A stretch of 63,891 bases of DNA, filler included, from Octopus bimaculoides (GCF_001194135.2; 7 parts of 7 records of this genome joined end to end with filler, not necessarily neighbours in it), one strand, 5' to 3'; positions 13,574 to 28,169 are shown, counted from the whole stretch's first letter. Numbers and translations are program-made. Notes: a model not told the origin generated them from the sequence alone.

Positions 13574-14359
13574 ACCCTTTACCTTTTAGCTGCTGTAGGA
13601 ATCAGAACGTTCAGTGCTTCACAATGACCATTAGTTTCATCCTATATGAGGCATCTTCAAACAAGCGAAGAAATGAGAAATGGCGGACTTCTTTGCGGAA
13701 TAGGGTTAATTCTACTTTAATATATATATATATATATATATATTTTATCCTTTAAAACAGGTAGTGTTCGTATATATGAATAGGTGCATGTATATAAATC
13801 TGGTCAACATTAATTTCTGGCCATAAAAGATGTTGATGAATATAACTTTTAGCCCAGATTTTATGTTTGGTGTGTAAGAATGGTAATTTGACTATTAATA
13901 GAGATAAGAAGAAAATTTATGGCAGATGGAAGTCTCGATGTAGAAGAATAAATAATTTGGCTTAATTAATTTTTTTGTTTTATTGTGTAGTCATTGGAGT
14001 AGTAAACGAAGTAGTTTTATTGTAAGGAAGAGCATGTGGTGTTTGATTGAAATTGTGTGAGCTTAGAAGTTGATGCTTGCGTGGGTGTTTCTGTTTTTTA
14101 AACGAAGAAACAAGAAACGGTGCTAATGGTTTCATTCAGTTGAACCGTGTTCAGTCTGGAAATACACGCATACAGACATAGCGACACAGAGGGAAAATAA
14201 AAACACTGGCATACATTAATACAGACAAATACAACTGTTATAATATGTATACCCGCATGTGTGTATGGTAATGTATATGCATAACGTGTATATGATAAAA
14301 GCACGAGACTCATGGCTGCTAACGTATGCATATACGCATGGCCAGTGGGAACAGGTGTG

Positions 14360-14369
14360 CATGTACGTA

Positions 14370-14400
<31 letters not shown>

Positions 14401-14535
14401 CTACGTACCTTAGGAGAATTAGGAGAGAAATTATGTGTGTGCGCGCGGCGGGGGGGGGGTGTTTGTGTGTGTGTGTGCGTGTAAATATATGCATATGTAT
14501 ATATCAATTTATATATATTTGTAACTATATGTGTT

Positions 14536-14588
<53 letters not shown>

Positions 14589-14741
14589 NNNNNNNNNNNN
14601 NNNNNNNNNNNNNNNNNNNNNNNNNNNNNNNNNNNNNNNNNNNNNNNNNNNNNNNNNNNNNNNNNNNNNNNGTGTATTTATATATACGCATATATATCTA
14701 TGTATATAGTTTACATATGTACGTGTGTGTTTGTGTGTTTG

Positions 14742-14797
<56 letters not shown>

Positions 14798-15095
14798 AAA
14801 AGGAAGTGAAAGAGAGAAGGAAAACAAGAGGAAGACAGTTTTTTTAATCACTAAGACGCTAATCTTCCATCAAAGAACCGTGCCAGTTACATTTGCTGAC
14901 GTTTAAAATTAGCGTGTATTTAACCAACTTAGCGTAGATTTCTCACCATTTCTTTTGAAAATGTATTTCTAAAGATCAAAAGGCCTTCTTCGAACTCTAA
15001 CCCATAAGCTTAAGGTGAAAAACCCGATATTTCATTCATTTTCATATGTATGATGTGTATCTGTGTGTGTGCGTGTGTGTGTCAATATGTGTGAA

Positions 15096-15146
<51 letters not shown>

Positions 15147-15198
15147 TTATCTATCTATCTCACTCTCTCTCTCTCTCTCTCTCTCTCTNNNNNNNNNN

Positions 15199-15272
<74 letters not shown>

Positions 15273-15820
15273 TGTGTGTGTGTGTGTGTCTGTATGCATA
15301 TATGTATATTTATTATATATATATATTAGAGGGAGAGAGAGAGAGTAACAGACATAATTTCTCATGCATGCATACATGTATATATACATTACATATATAC
15401 ATACATATACATACATCTACATACATACATACATACACACATACATACATACATACATACATACATACATACATACATAAGCCAGACAACCAGACAGACT
15501 GACAGACATCCAAATATACATACATACATGCATGCANNNNNNNNNNGACAACCAGACAGACTGACAGACATCCAAATATACATACATACATGCATGCATA
15601 TATACATACACACTCGGATACATACATACACACACACATACATGCATACATACATGCATATATACATACATACATGCATACATACATGCATACATGCATA
15701 CATACACACATACATACATACATACACACATACATACATGCATACATACATGCATATATACATTCACCCACACACGTACGTACACACACACACGCACACA
15801 CACACGCGCACACACACACA

Positions 15821-15911
<91 letters not shown>
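14360..15911. repeat. Microsatellite-rich block (CATA, TA, TG, TATC, TC, CA) with gaps
   Basis: Visible tandem units. Confidence 0.9.
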
Positions 15912-15912
<1 letters not shown>

Positions 15913-16438
15913 ACTGAGGGTAATAAAACTATTTCGTTCTCTAACTATATTATTCATCCGAGTGAAGAATTGATAAAATATCTCTATATACATATCACCG
16001 TTTTATTTACTTTTTTTTTTTCAAACATTTTATAACTAACTCACTCTTCCCGTAAAATTACGTAATTCTACGAAATATTTCATATGAATATCGCATTTGT
16101 TTAAAAAAAAATAACATTTCTATTTTTTTTTTTTCTGTGGTTTTCCATTCAGATAACTATATAAGCACTTTATATTTTTGACTTCAGAGAAATGCTTGCG
16201 TTATCCTAAGAATTATATAGTATTTGCTTTGAAGTTCATTAATATACTCTGTGAGATAGCCTCACAAATTGCCCTGACTTAGTCTTATATCTAGAAATGT
16301 TACATAGAAATATAAACGTCATAAATATTTTATAAACCTGACTCTTCATACACATATACACCAACATAAACACACACACACACACAAACAGATTTATACA
16401 TACATATGTACACTAGCGCGCACATACATACAAGCATG

Positions 16439-16471
<33 letters not shown>

Positions 16472-17299
16472 TGAAGCATATACAAACATACATATACACA
16501 CGCACCCGCACACATATGGAATCAAGAATTTCAGCGATCAATATAAAATTTATTGGCAAACTTTAAAAAATTCTTACGTGTCTACCACTCGCTTGTGAAC
16601 ACTCTATTCCACCCTCTCTCTCCCACCCNNNNNNNNNNNNNNNNNNNNNNNNNNNNNNNNNNNNNNNNNNNNNNNNNNNNNNNNNNNNNNNNNNNNNNNN
16701 NNNNNNNNNNNNNNNNNNNNNNNNNNNNNNNNNNNNNNNNNNNNNNNNNNNNNNNNNNNNNNNNNNNNNNNNNNNNNNNNNNNNNNNNNNNNNNNNNNNN
16801 NNNNNNNNNNNNNNNNNNNNNNNNNNNNNNNNNNNNNNNNNNNNNNNNNNNNNNNNNNNNNNNNNNNNNNNNNNNNNNNNNNNNNNNNNNNNNNNNNNNN
16901 NNNNNNNNNNNNNNNNNNNNNNNNNNNNNNNNNNNNNNNNNNNNNNNNNNNNNNNNNNNNNNNNNNNNNNNNNNNNNNNNNNNNNNNNNNNNNNNNNNNN
17001 NNNNNNNNNNNNNNNNNNNNNNNNNNNNNNNNNNNNNNNNNNNNNNNNNNNNNNNNNNNNNNNNNNNNNNNNNNNNNNNNNNNNNNNNNNNNNNNNNNNN
17101 NNNNNNNNNNNNNNNTGATTTTCATTTTTGAAAACAGTTTCCTATCATGTATAAAAAACGCTGTATGTAACAAACGAATGGTGAACCAATGAATAAGGAT
17201 GTGCGTAGTCAATCGATGTGCTAGAAATAGCAACCAAGTCTCCCACAGTTAACACTCAGCTCTGCAATTGTTTATATATATATATATATATATACACAT

Positions 17300-17690
17300 A
17301 AATATTCTTTTATTCTTTTACTTGTTTCAGTCATTTGACAGCCGCCATGCTGGAGCACCGCCTCTTGTCGAACATATCGGCCCCAAGACTTACTCTTTGT
17401 AAGCCTAGAACTTATTCTATCGGTGTCTTTTGCCGAACCGCTAAGTTACGGGGACGTAAACACACCAACACCGGTTGTTAAACGATGGTGGGAGGGAGAC
17501 AAACACAGACATATACACACAAATATATACACACACACAAACATACACACAAACACACACACACGCACACACACACACACATATATCGCCTACCATATTC
17601 GCTCTCAAGGCTTTTCTCGGCTTGAGGCTGTAGTAGAAGACTCTTACCCAAGGTGCCACACAGTGGGGCTGAACCTGGAACCATGTGTTT
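17300..17690 (-). mobile_element. Near full-length S2 SINE with internal (CA)n
   Basis: Tail 17300-17520, microsatellite, head cccaaggtgccacacagtggggctgaacctggaaccatgtg 17647-17688. Confidence 0.85.
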
Positions 17691-18325
17691 CTTATTTCTT
17701 TATTGCCCACAAGGGGCTAAACATAGAGGGGACAAACAAGGACAGACAAAGAGATTATGTCGGTTACATCGTCCCCAGTGCGTAACTGGTACTTAATTTA
17801 TCGACCCCGAAAGGATGAAAGGCAAAGTCGACCTCGGCGGAATTTGAACTCAGAACATAAAGACGGACGAAATAACGCTAAGCGTTTCGCCCAGCGAGCT
17901 AACGTTTCTTTATCTTTATTGCCCACAAGAGGCTAAACATAGAGGGGACAAACAAGGACAGACAAAGGGATTAAGTCAATTACATCGACCCCAGTGCGTA
18001 ACTGGTACTTAATTCATCGATCCCGAAAGGATGAAAGGCAAAGTCAACCTTGGCGGAATTTGAACTCAGAACGCAGTGGCAGACGAAATACCTATTTCTT
18101 TACTACCCACAAGGGGCTACACACAGAGGGGACAAACAAGGACAGACAAACGGATTAAGTCGATTATATCGACCCCAGTGCGTAACTGGTACTTAATTTA
18201 TCGACCCCGAAAGGATGAAAGGCAAAGTCGACCTCGGCGGAATTTGAACTCAGAACGCAGTGGCAGACGAAATACCGCTAAGCATTTCCCCGGCTTGCTA
18301 ACGTTTCTGCCAGCTCACCGCCTTC
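17691..18325 (-). mobile_element. Tandem trimer of S1 SINE
   Basis: Three head-to-tail copies of gtcgacctcggcggaatttgaactcagaac with tails. Confidence 0.9.
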
Positions 18326-18714
18326 GTTATTGTAATATCGTAATTCATCCTATCTAACCTATTATGTTATCAAAAATATATAATATCCATTGAGGATATA
18401 TTTAGTGATGTCTGAAATTCATTCCGTGCTGCTACTGTTTACTTCTCGCCCAGAAATTTAATATTGCTTGTTTCTCCTTTCTCGAGATCAGCGACAGTTT
18501 GTCTCTGGAAAAAGCATATAGTATTTTGCTTTTGGAATGAGTTCTCATCGCTAGCTGTCGATTGTCACGTTGATGTGAGTTGCGTCTTTTTATTTGAGTT
18601 TCTGAATTGTTGAATTGCGGAGTTGTTGAGTTGATGTACTGTTGAATTATTGAATTGTTGAATATTGTGTTGCATTTGTGAAATTGTTGAAGATTTTATT
18701 TGTCTTCCCCATTT

Positions 18715-19371
18715 ATGGGTGAAGCGGTGAATGGCGGAAATATGAGTTCACAGGTCCAGACAGGCAGTTATGCTGCGGTAACAGGCAGAGGCCTGACAGC
18801 CGAACTACTGCAGATACGAGAACTGGCAGTGGAGGACATGGACTACAAGTGGTTTGATGACCTGTTGAGGAGGGAAGGAGAATGCCTTAGACTGACACGC
18901 CACGAAGAAGTAGCATAGAAGTCGGAAAGAAAAATAATTACTTATCAAACGCTGAATGTAGCGACAGGAAAAATAGAAATAGAAGGAGTTGAAGAAATAG
19001 AAGAATGTCTGAAGAACGTAAGGGAAGTAACGACATTCTATAACAGAGGAAGAAAATTTGGCACGGTGGAGGTGCGCTTCGTTAATGAGAACGAAGCAAT
19101 GAAGTACTCCATCGTAGCCTTGAAAACGGCAAAGTGGGCACTCTTACCTACTTACTGTGGCAGACGCGCAGCCAGAGTAAGGATAGGGAGAGTGCCACCC
19201 GAAATTAACGAGGACTGGCTTGTGGCAGCCATCCTCTACAATACAGAGGAGAGAGCAGAGATGCTGAAAATGTCAAGGACAGCGGAGGTCAACTGATGGA
19301 GGTATGGCCTGGATGTGATGGTACATATCAGCCTACCTGACCTCAACAAAATTATGGAAGAGATAGTTCTG
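18715..19371 (+). pseudogene. LINE ORF1-like pseudogene (L1/Tx1-like, RRM-like motif)
   Basis: One frame from ATG 18715 to the gap with only two stops (18916, 19294): SYAAVT...RGRKFGTVEVRF..ENEAMKY...VRIGRVPPEINEDWL. Confidence 0.7.
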
Positions 19372-19656
19372 NNNNNNNNNNNNNNNNNNNNNNNNNNNNN
19401 NNNNNNNNNNNNNNNTTAATTAATTAANNNNNNNNNNNNNNNNNNNNNNNNNNNNNNNNNNNNNNNNNNNNGAGTGTATGCGTAATTATTCAATATATGT
19501 ACTTACTATTTTGTTCCATTTCTTTTTTATATAGTTTGTAAACTTTCCGGTGTTGGTTTTGCGCGTGTGATCGCACGTGTTTCATTGAGACATCGTGCAT
19601 AGGAGGACCTGTGCTTTGTATGGCAGTGAAATTTAATCATTTTTTAAGAATAAAAA

Positions 19657-19658
<2 letters not shown>

Positions 19659-19713
<55 letters not shown>
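19659..19713. repeat. (ATT)n microsatellite
   Basis: Visible tandem units. Confidence 0.95.
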
Positions 19714-19715
<2 letters not shown>

Positions 19716-21124
19716 AATACTTGGTGTATTATAAACACCGTGTCTTTTGGGGGGATATAAGTTATATATAAAATATAAGTTATTTTAAAATATAATCATA
19801 GTTATAATACAATAATATATCTTCCAATTTACTGCGTTAAATAAAATAGACATTATATTTAATTAAGTAGTAAATTGAAGCGAAATTTAATAAACGGTTA
19901 ATCCATTATGATACTATGAACTTTAAAAATATGCCATAAACACATTCCCTTTAACATCGTATGCGGGATTCTGTATATTTATGCATTGATTTTGATGGCA
20001 TTGTAAAATATAATTACCATTAAATTATCTAGTGGCACCATTGAATCTTGCCGCTAAACATTGTTTTTCTGTTTTAAATATTATTATTCTTACAGAAGGC
20101 TATTTCCTATATAAGCGTTTAATGTACGCATTTGTATTTCTTTAATATGTATATTTCCATGCGTAATGCTTCATAAAATAAAGGAAAATGAAAATAATAA
20201 AATACTTTCTATTATTTATTCACGTTAATCATTTGATAAATCGCTTTTAGCCCTACTGACATATGCAGTCTAACTTAATCATTAACAGGATTCAGCAAAT
20301 AAACGCCTATATACATCAGCCATTCCAAAAATTTGAATAACTTTCATTGCTATATAGCTCTCGTTTATGCAAATATAATACCTTCCTAAAGTAAATTTTC
20401 TGAATTAATTTGAGAGGTTGAAAATTTCATAAATTAATCATTTCGTAGAAAGGCTGGAGATTTTCGACTTGGGTTTGTATAATTCCAAGTAATACAGTGT
20501 AATTTACACCGCTGAAATCGATAAACGATTCCTATTGTTATTATGACAAGACAAATCAAACAAAGAGACAATGATATTCAAGTATATAATAGTCCCGATG
20601 TACTTGAATACATTTTAAAAATCAATGGTAATTATGTAATTACCGTCTAGCGATATTGTGAAGCTCACAATAATTACTTTCTCATATAAGATGCGTGTTA
20701 ATTGAAGTACTGTCTCTGCAGTCTACTGCTTTATAGCACATTCCAGCGTACTATAATATTTGCTAAAATTGATTTTATATATGGCACGATACAAAACATT
20801 CAGATTTCCAACCACCCTTATACACAGTTATACCAAGATTGCACACATGTGTGTATGCGTGTAATGCCGAACACAGCACTGCATACGAAATTGATATTCT
20901 GAAAGATTAATTTTCATATATTTTTTACGAAGCTTCTTTGTTAACTTCGTACATTCCTAAATTTACTACATCTCTGAAACTCCACCCCACCTCATGAACT
21001 GCATGAAATAATATCAGTTCCACATGGTATCTTTGTCAGTATGGTTCTGGGAATTACATATAATAAATTCAAAGAAACACACACACAAAAACACACATAT
21101 GTGTATAGACAAGCATGCTGATAT

Positions 21125-21370
21125 ATATATTCTCCTTTACTCTTTTACTTGTTTTAGTCTTTTGACTGTGGCTATGCTGGAGCACCGCCTTTAGTCGAGC
21201 AAATCGACTCCAGGACTTATTCTTTGGAAGCCTAGTACTTATTCTATCGGTCTCTTTTGCCAAACCGCTAGATTACGGGGACGTAAACACACCACCATCG
21301 GTTGTCAATCGATGTTGGTGGAGGGGGACAAACACAGACACACAAACACATACACACATACGGGCTTACT
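21125..21370 (-). mobile_element. S2 SINE 3' part
   Basis: ggctatgctggagcaccgcc...ggggacgtaaacacacc matches 17340-17470. Confidence 0.85.
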
Positions 21371-21789
21371 AAAGCAAACACGGGTTTATACTCCGGTTAT
21401 ATGTACAATCACAAACAGCCAACTGAATATAAAATGAGTCCTCAACGTTGCACATGGGTACAAACACTGCACACATTGTACAGCATTCAATAGACGTCAG
21501 ATCCAAGTAAATTACATGTTCCGATAGATTGTGGTTCATTACAACTGTTTTATACGATTATTTTTTATTGATGAATATAAGTTTTACATCATGCAAAAAA
21601 AAAAACAAAAAAAACAACGATATTTTCATTATGCGAATAGATGTAAGAATTAAACATTTTGAACATTTTAACTCTAGCGATCAAAATTTTGAACATCTTG
21701 ACGCTAGCAACCAAAATTCCGTCACAGAGAGTGTGTATGTATACGTAAATACAGACAGACAGACACACACACACACACACACACACAAT

Positions 21790-21925
21790 CGACATAGAAG
21801 GCTTTGGCCGGCCCATCGCCATAGTAGAAGCTGCCACGCAGTGGGATTCAACTGACACCCACGCAACGGCACTGAACCCGGAACCATGTGCTTGGGAAGC
21901 AAGCTACATACCACACAGCCACGCC
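21790..21925 (-). mobile_element. S2 SINE head
   Basis: gaacccggaaccatgtgcttgggaagcaagctacataccacacagccac is the reverse complement of the head at 61618. Confidence 0.8.
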
Positions 21926-22323
21926 TTCACCTACATACACATACACACACCCCCACACACACATACATAAGTTCCTGGTGTGCGACTTACAAGTATATAA
22001 GCAACTAGACATTCGAATGCAGAAGTTTCTTGTTTATATGTATACATCTAATATAATAAATGCGAGAAAGAAAGGGAGAGAAAGAAGGACAAAGAAATGT
22101 AGGGAGAGTTGATGTTTTATTGAAAGTAGTAGTGTTGATGGTGGCAATGGGAGCAATGATGAGAGAGAGTGGGTATGTGAGAGAAACAGGGAGATAATGT
22201 ACAACTTTGGTGGACATAAATTCCTGTGGTCAGCATACTTAACCAACTACTATTTTTTATGTTTTATTTTCGGCTTTGTTTAATAAATATGAGTGCGTGT
22301 GTGCGTCCGCACACACACACACA

Positions 22324-22371
<48 letters not shown>

Positions 22372-23071
22372 TACTCATACATGGACTATTGATACCAGTA
22401 AGGAACAATTATGAACTCTTCATTTAATTTCATTTTTTTTAATATGTATTTTTGATAAGGTTCGTTTTAAAAGAACCGAAACATGTTAATATATCTGACT
22501 AAATTTTTAATTAAAATTCATTTTTTATATATTGGCGTTTTCAAACTTCTTTTTTATAAATATATATATATGTATATTTGTGTATATAATAAACTTTACT
22601 TGAAATACAGTTTCCCAAAATTAAACGTATCTAATATAATACATGTGAATGTCAGTATGTCATACTTTTTCAACTTTACTCCTAGAAGCCGTAGCCCAAC
22701 ATATCATACCATTTTGGAATCAGGCTCACTCCGTGAGTAAATTAATACGTTCCGGTTAAAGTCCAGACCTGCAATCCTGACACATTTTTGATTTCTATGT
22801 TTTTATTACTGCGATTGTTTTGGGGGATCATTTACATGACTTTTAGTGACGAATATGATCATCATTAGGTTATGACCCTGGAGGAAGCTATTGCAACAAA
22901 TTCCCCAAAGCAAGTCGGAGATCTGTTTGCAGATCTTCTCATTCGGGGTCGGTTGCTTAAAAGCTAGATAGTATGTTAAAAGCCGCTCAATAGGGCGACG
23001 ACATATATATATATATATATGGATAATAACAACAAATGGAGCAAAACGCATGTCGACGAAAGTTCCCACAA

Positions 23072-23170
23072 TTCCTACATATATGTTTCGAAGCAAGTGA
23101 GGGCCATTTCACAAAAAAAAAAGAAAAAAGAAAGGGCTGCTGGAATCATCACTTTTTTCTCATCAGGGAG
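23072..23170 (-). ncRNA. Type I hammerhead ribozyme motif
   Basis: Minus strand: ctcc CTGATGA gaaaaaagtga...tcacttgcttc GAAAC atatat GTA ggaa. Confidence 0.75.
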
Positions 23171-23363
23171 ATCATAATAAAACATGTAGAAGCAAGACAA
23201 AAACGAAATGATGGGGTAACTTACGAGCTGAGATGTTACATGGTCAGTGACCGTTAGAAAGTTTGTTTACATAGAGTTATGACGGGGTCTACGATATTAT
23301 TCCACGGGCTTTAGGAATAAGAACGCTAGTTTACATAGAAATATAAAGCGTTCATATTATGAT

Positions 23364-23453
23364 CTCCCTGATGAGAAACAAGTGATGATTCCAGCAGTAC
23401 CTTTCTTTTTTTGTGAAATGGCCCTCACTTGCTTCGAAACATATATGTAGGAA
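23364..23453 (+). ncRNA. Type I hammerhead ribozyme motif
   Basis: ctcc CTGATGA(23368-74) gaaacaagtga...tcacttgcttc GAAAC(23436-40) atatat GTA(23447-49) ggaa. Confidence 0.8.
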
Positions 23454-23859
23454 TTAAAGGAACTTTCATCGACATGCGTTTTGCTCCATTTGTTGTTATT
23501 ATCCATATATTCTCAAGATGTATCACGTTAACTCAGTATATCGAACTGTAAATCGGCTGGGATATCTTGTTTTTTAGTGTAATTTTGCTACACCTGGTAA
23601 CCATTAACGTATTCAAATTATCGAAAGTTTTAATAACTGAGATAATATTAATATACATAAAAAAAAAAATATTATATATATATATATGTGCACTTACTAG
23701 ATGGGCATCCTGTCGTTGCTGGGCAATTTTTATAGTAGAACACCTTGGAGAACCTTTGGAATAGCACACCTATATAAGTTTGATATTCTTCGTTTTGTCG
23801 TTGACTTTACAATTTTGCCTTCCCCGATAAAAATTAATATACCTCCCATCCCTGTCTGA

Positions 23860-24237
23860 TTCCTGGTTCAGTACCACTGCGTGGCACCGTGCCGAAGGAT
23901 CTTTTACTTTCGCCTCGATCTGGTGTGAGTGGATTTGGTAGAGAGAAATTGAAAGTAGAGAAAGACGAAATTGTAGAGCACACATACACACACACATATA
24001 TATATATGTGTGTGTGCATATCTCCCGCTTAACATCTGTCCCCCACCCCAACGGCTTATCAACCGGTGTTGATATATATACCCCTCCGTAACTTAGTTGT
24101 TTGGCAAAAGAGACCGGTAGAATGATAATTAAGTTTTAAAAATAAGCGCCGGTGCCGATTCATGTGATTAAATATTTTTCAAGTCGTTGCCCCATCATGG
24201 CCACAGTCTAATGACTAAAACGAGTAAAAAGAAAAGG
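23860..24237 (+). mobile_element. Degenerate S2 SINE with internal microsatellite
   Basis: ggttcagtaccactgcgtggcacc head; ccgtaacttagttgtttggcaaaagagacc and catggccacagtctaatgac tail. Confidence 0.75.
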
Positions 24238-24279
24238 TAATATGCATGTATGTGTGTATGTATTATGTGTGTACGTACG

Positions 24280-24297
24280 TACGTATCTATCTGCCTG

Positions 24298-24390
<93 letters not shown>

Positions 24391-24433
24391 ATCTAACTAT
24401 CTATCTATCTATCCATCTATCTATCTACTCATC

Positions 24434-24469
<36 letters not shown>

Positions 24470-24470
24470 T
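24280..24470. repeat. (TATC)n/(TGTC)n/(TA)n microsatellite
   Basis: Visible tandem units. Confidence 0.95.
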
Positions 24471-27400
24471 ATGAGGTCATAGGAAAACAAGCAGTGACCC
24501 GCCATTGGTTAATATTATATTTATTGATATTGTAAATTTCCATCAGTTCCTATGTCATTAGGAGAGATAATCTAATGTTTTGTATACGTTTCTACTTGAG
24601 GAAGCGTAAAAGGTTTTTTTTCTTTTTCTTTTCTTCATTCTGAGATAATGTTAACGAAGACACAATGGAGAGTGTCATGAAATATCAGAGAAGTAGTAGT
24701 TTGCAATTCGGTGGGTGAAAGTGGAGGGAGAACGATAGTAAACACAGAAAGAGATTCCCGAGAGGGATGAGTTGGGTTGAGATTACGAGTGTTTACAGCG
24801 GGAGAGGCAGTAGAAGATAGATAGACAGCGTATGAGAGCAGCAATAATATCTCTCTAATGACATGATTCATACACTTTACTCACTCGTAATAGACTCATG
24901 GTCTCACAGTCTAACATATGTATGCGTGTATGCATTGCATTACCACAGTCCAAACTGTATGACCATGTTTAATATTTTATGTTAGATCGTAAATGTGTCT
25001 AACTAAATACTGTTTAACCAACTAAGGTTAAAGCTCCAAAGTCCTTGGCATATTAAGTGACAATATTAATGGGTCGTGATATCATTTGCGTATCACTGCT
25101 GCAGCTACATTTATAAGTGTCTGTATCGTCATTCGTTATCTTCCCTCTCATGTAATGATAATTGTATATCCTCGAAGATGATATTTACACGAGTAAAGTC
25201 ATTATCTTACTTCTTTGTTAGCAGTTGAATATTATATATACAGTAACTTGAATGATGCAATGTAAGATATTTCATACATATATAAACCTTAAATTTAATT
25301 TTAGCTCATTAACTGAGCAGCAGGTATACGCAACCGCCCACGTGCTTCTTTCGATTTACATTGAAAATACTGAACCTACTTGTATTCACATTTATCATTA
25401 ATACATTACAACTGTTGATCAGGTCTGTTGACATAAACTTAATATTCATATACATCGAAGGATATAAGTTACCGTCAAAATATTTTAGACGTGGCATACG
25501 ACTTCTTGTACTGAAACTAAATCATTTGTAAAACCTATGCCAATAATTTTCAAATTATAAACAGAGTATTTCTTAGAAATTGCATATTTTTAATTCTCAA
25601 ATGAATGGAAGGATATTGGCAGTAAGAAAAAATAGGATTACATTCGGACATAAGAAATGATATCTCATTTTAAGGATAAATAATATCAGACGCTGATTTA
25701 AAAGAAAAAAAATAATAAATTCACAGAATTATGTTATGCAGGATTAAGAAATACACATTTATGATAAGACAGCCGCTTATTGTGTACTCTCATTAGTTAT
25801 GTTTCTCTATCCTATTAACATATAAATAGAAGCTGCTAAAGGTTTTTTTTCTCCAAGTGGGATTCTTTCTTAAATTTGTTGACAAAAGAGCATTGCTATT
25901 TATCATATAGATAACGTACATAATTCAGTTCTTTCAACATTAAATCTACATTTCATTCCAGACATGTTCTTGTTTCCTTTACTCACACTCATTTACCTCT
26001 TTCTAATTTATTGATGCGACGTCGACAAATAGTGGACATGACATTTAAAGAAATCACATTTTATTTTCTCGGCAGCATAGTTATTTAAACTTAAGCTTAG
26101 GATAAATATCGAACTGTGTATAAACGAAAACATGCTATTAATTTGTGTCAGCATGGAGTGAGATATATGAAGGCTACAAATGTTATGCACTGGAGATTTG
26201 ATAGTTTTGTAATTGGATTTTCGAAATGCAGAGAAATATGCCTCTTTATTGAGACGACAATGACATGTGTTACAATTTTGAAGTAACCATCTATAAATGT
26301 ATGTTTTGCACGTGCGATATTGATGCACGTTTAGTTTTTCATAACATTCAAAACATATTCGATATTTTCTTTTCTTCTTTGGTTTTAACTTCTTGTCATA
26401 TCGACCGAATAACAATGCATAAAATTACTCTTGAATAAAATAACAGCGTTTGTATGATTTCTTTTTAATTTGCCATCGCCTTAAGCAAGTCATCTAACGA
26501 ATGACAATTTCAAATAAAGTAGTATTTGTCAATGTAATCGAGCGCATTCACATTTAGTTACAATATCCATTTATATCTAATGTGCACATTGAATTTGAAA
26601 AGAGAGCTATATGTTCGCTATAAACTGAAAAGAAGAAAAAAGAATGAAATCGTCTGACTTGCGGCAATATTCCATTGAACCCAAAATACAATTATTTACG
26701 GCATTATAATTGTTATGTTTTGCAGGATTTAAATTAAACTCATTTACCTTAAATCAAGCTTAAATAATCACTAATTTTAAATATTTCTTTCTATGTTTAT
26801 ACCTAATCAAAAAGCAAATAAGAATTTTTATTACAGAATTAGAATATTTCTTCTGGCACTAATTAATATTTATCTGGATTTTTAGTCACTACATAACTTT
26901 TTATCCAAAGGGTTAAAAGTGCTGTTTAATTATTACAACCAAATACTAAAGTGTGTTACTTCAAAACTACATCTCTTGTTACACACAATGTTTCAAGTAA
27001 TTAAATTTCATAGCGAGTGATGATTTTTTTTTGTTTTCTGTTTAGTTAAAAATACTTTAAAATAAATTACGATTGATCTATTTTGTTTATTTGTTAAGTT
27101 TTCTTGTTTAGAAACATCATATACAATTACGCGTGCCTTCGAAGTCGGTTACATGAAATTAATGAAATATGTGAATCAACTGTCAACGCACATTGTTATA
27201 TTAGACCACGTTCACTTTTATATTCTAAAGTTAACGATATAATTCACGTTAATTTCATCCGTATATTCATAAAAGGCATGATGTATATGTGTGTGTGCGT
27301 GCGTGTACGTGTGTACGTGAATGTAATTTATGCACGTCCACAAATTAGCACGCATGTGACTCCAATTTTAGGAGAACATTCGTCACGACCCTTGCTGTAT

Positions 27401-28169
27401 TTAAGTCAAATTATTTTTCCCTAGGCATCCGCGGATAGCGGTAAAAATCGATTTTCAGACATATCTTTTACCAATTTTGAAGTTTGCTAACAGGAGTTAA
27501 GTCCCTTCTTGCCATAGCGAAGTGAAAATGTGTGTGCGTGTGTGTGTGAGGTAGAGTGAGAATAAGTGACAGTGTTCACCAAAACTAAAAATGTAATTTT
27601 TTTTTCGTAAACACGAGATATAGTCTTCAAATTTAAGATGTTTTTGAAAGACACTATATTTTATAATCAGATTATAGATACTTTCTCACACAACAATTAA
27701 AATATATTTATTTTAAATCATTTATTTATTTTAAATTGTTCATCTTTCTGTCTACCTCTCTCGCACATACACATTACTTTGGGTGCGAAAGAGTTTAGTT
27801 CTCATTTTACGCCGAGAAATAAAGTGTTTTGTTGAGAATCCATTTACTTAGCAACAAAGAAACAATTACACAATATAAATGGGTAAAATTTCCGAGGCCT
27901 CCACCACATCCTACCCCATTTTACGGACCACAAAAAGGGCTTTGTAGCATATTAGGAGGCCATGGCAGTTGATTCCACGCAAAATATCCGATTTTTTTCT
28001 TAGTGAAAATCGTGCAAGTGTTAATCTAAAAATTTACCAACCTATTTTTCCATTGATTTCTGTTTATGAAATTCTCTGTACGTAATTTTGATTTCTCGGT
28101 GGTCAAGGCAATTGATGACTGCCAAAGCAACAGTGTCCTAATGCTGACACTGGATACCATGACCTGATC

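Larger units (their letters stand above)
23015..23510. mobile_element. Foldback element, ~160-bp inverted arms, each carrying a hammerhead motif
   Basis: 23015-23179 is the approximate reverse complement of 23355-23510. Confidence 0.9.

Noticed and set aside
20702-20910. Possible exon (acceptors on both strands)
   Set aside because: No recognisable peptide and weak donors
26008-26415. 135-aa Cys/Lys-rich minus-strand ORF
   Set aside because: No coherent zinc-finger spacing; composition explained by AT-rich DNA
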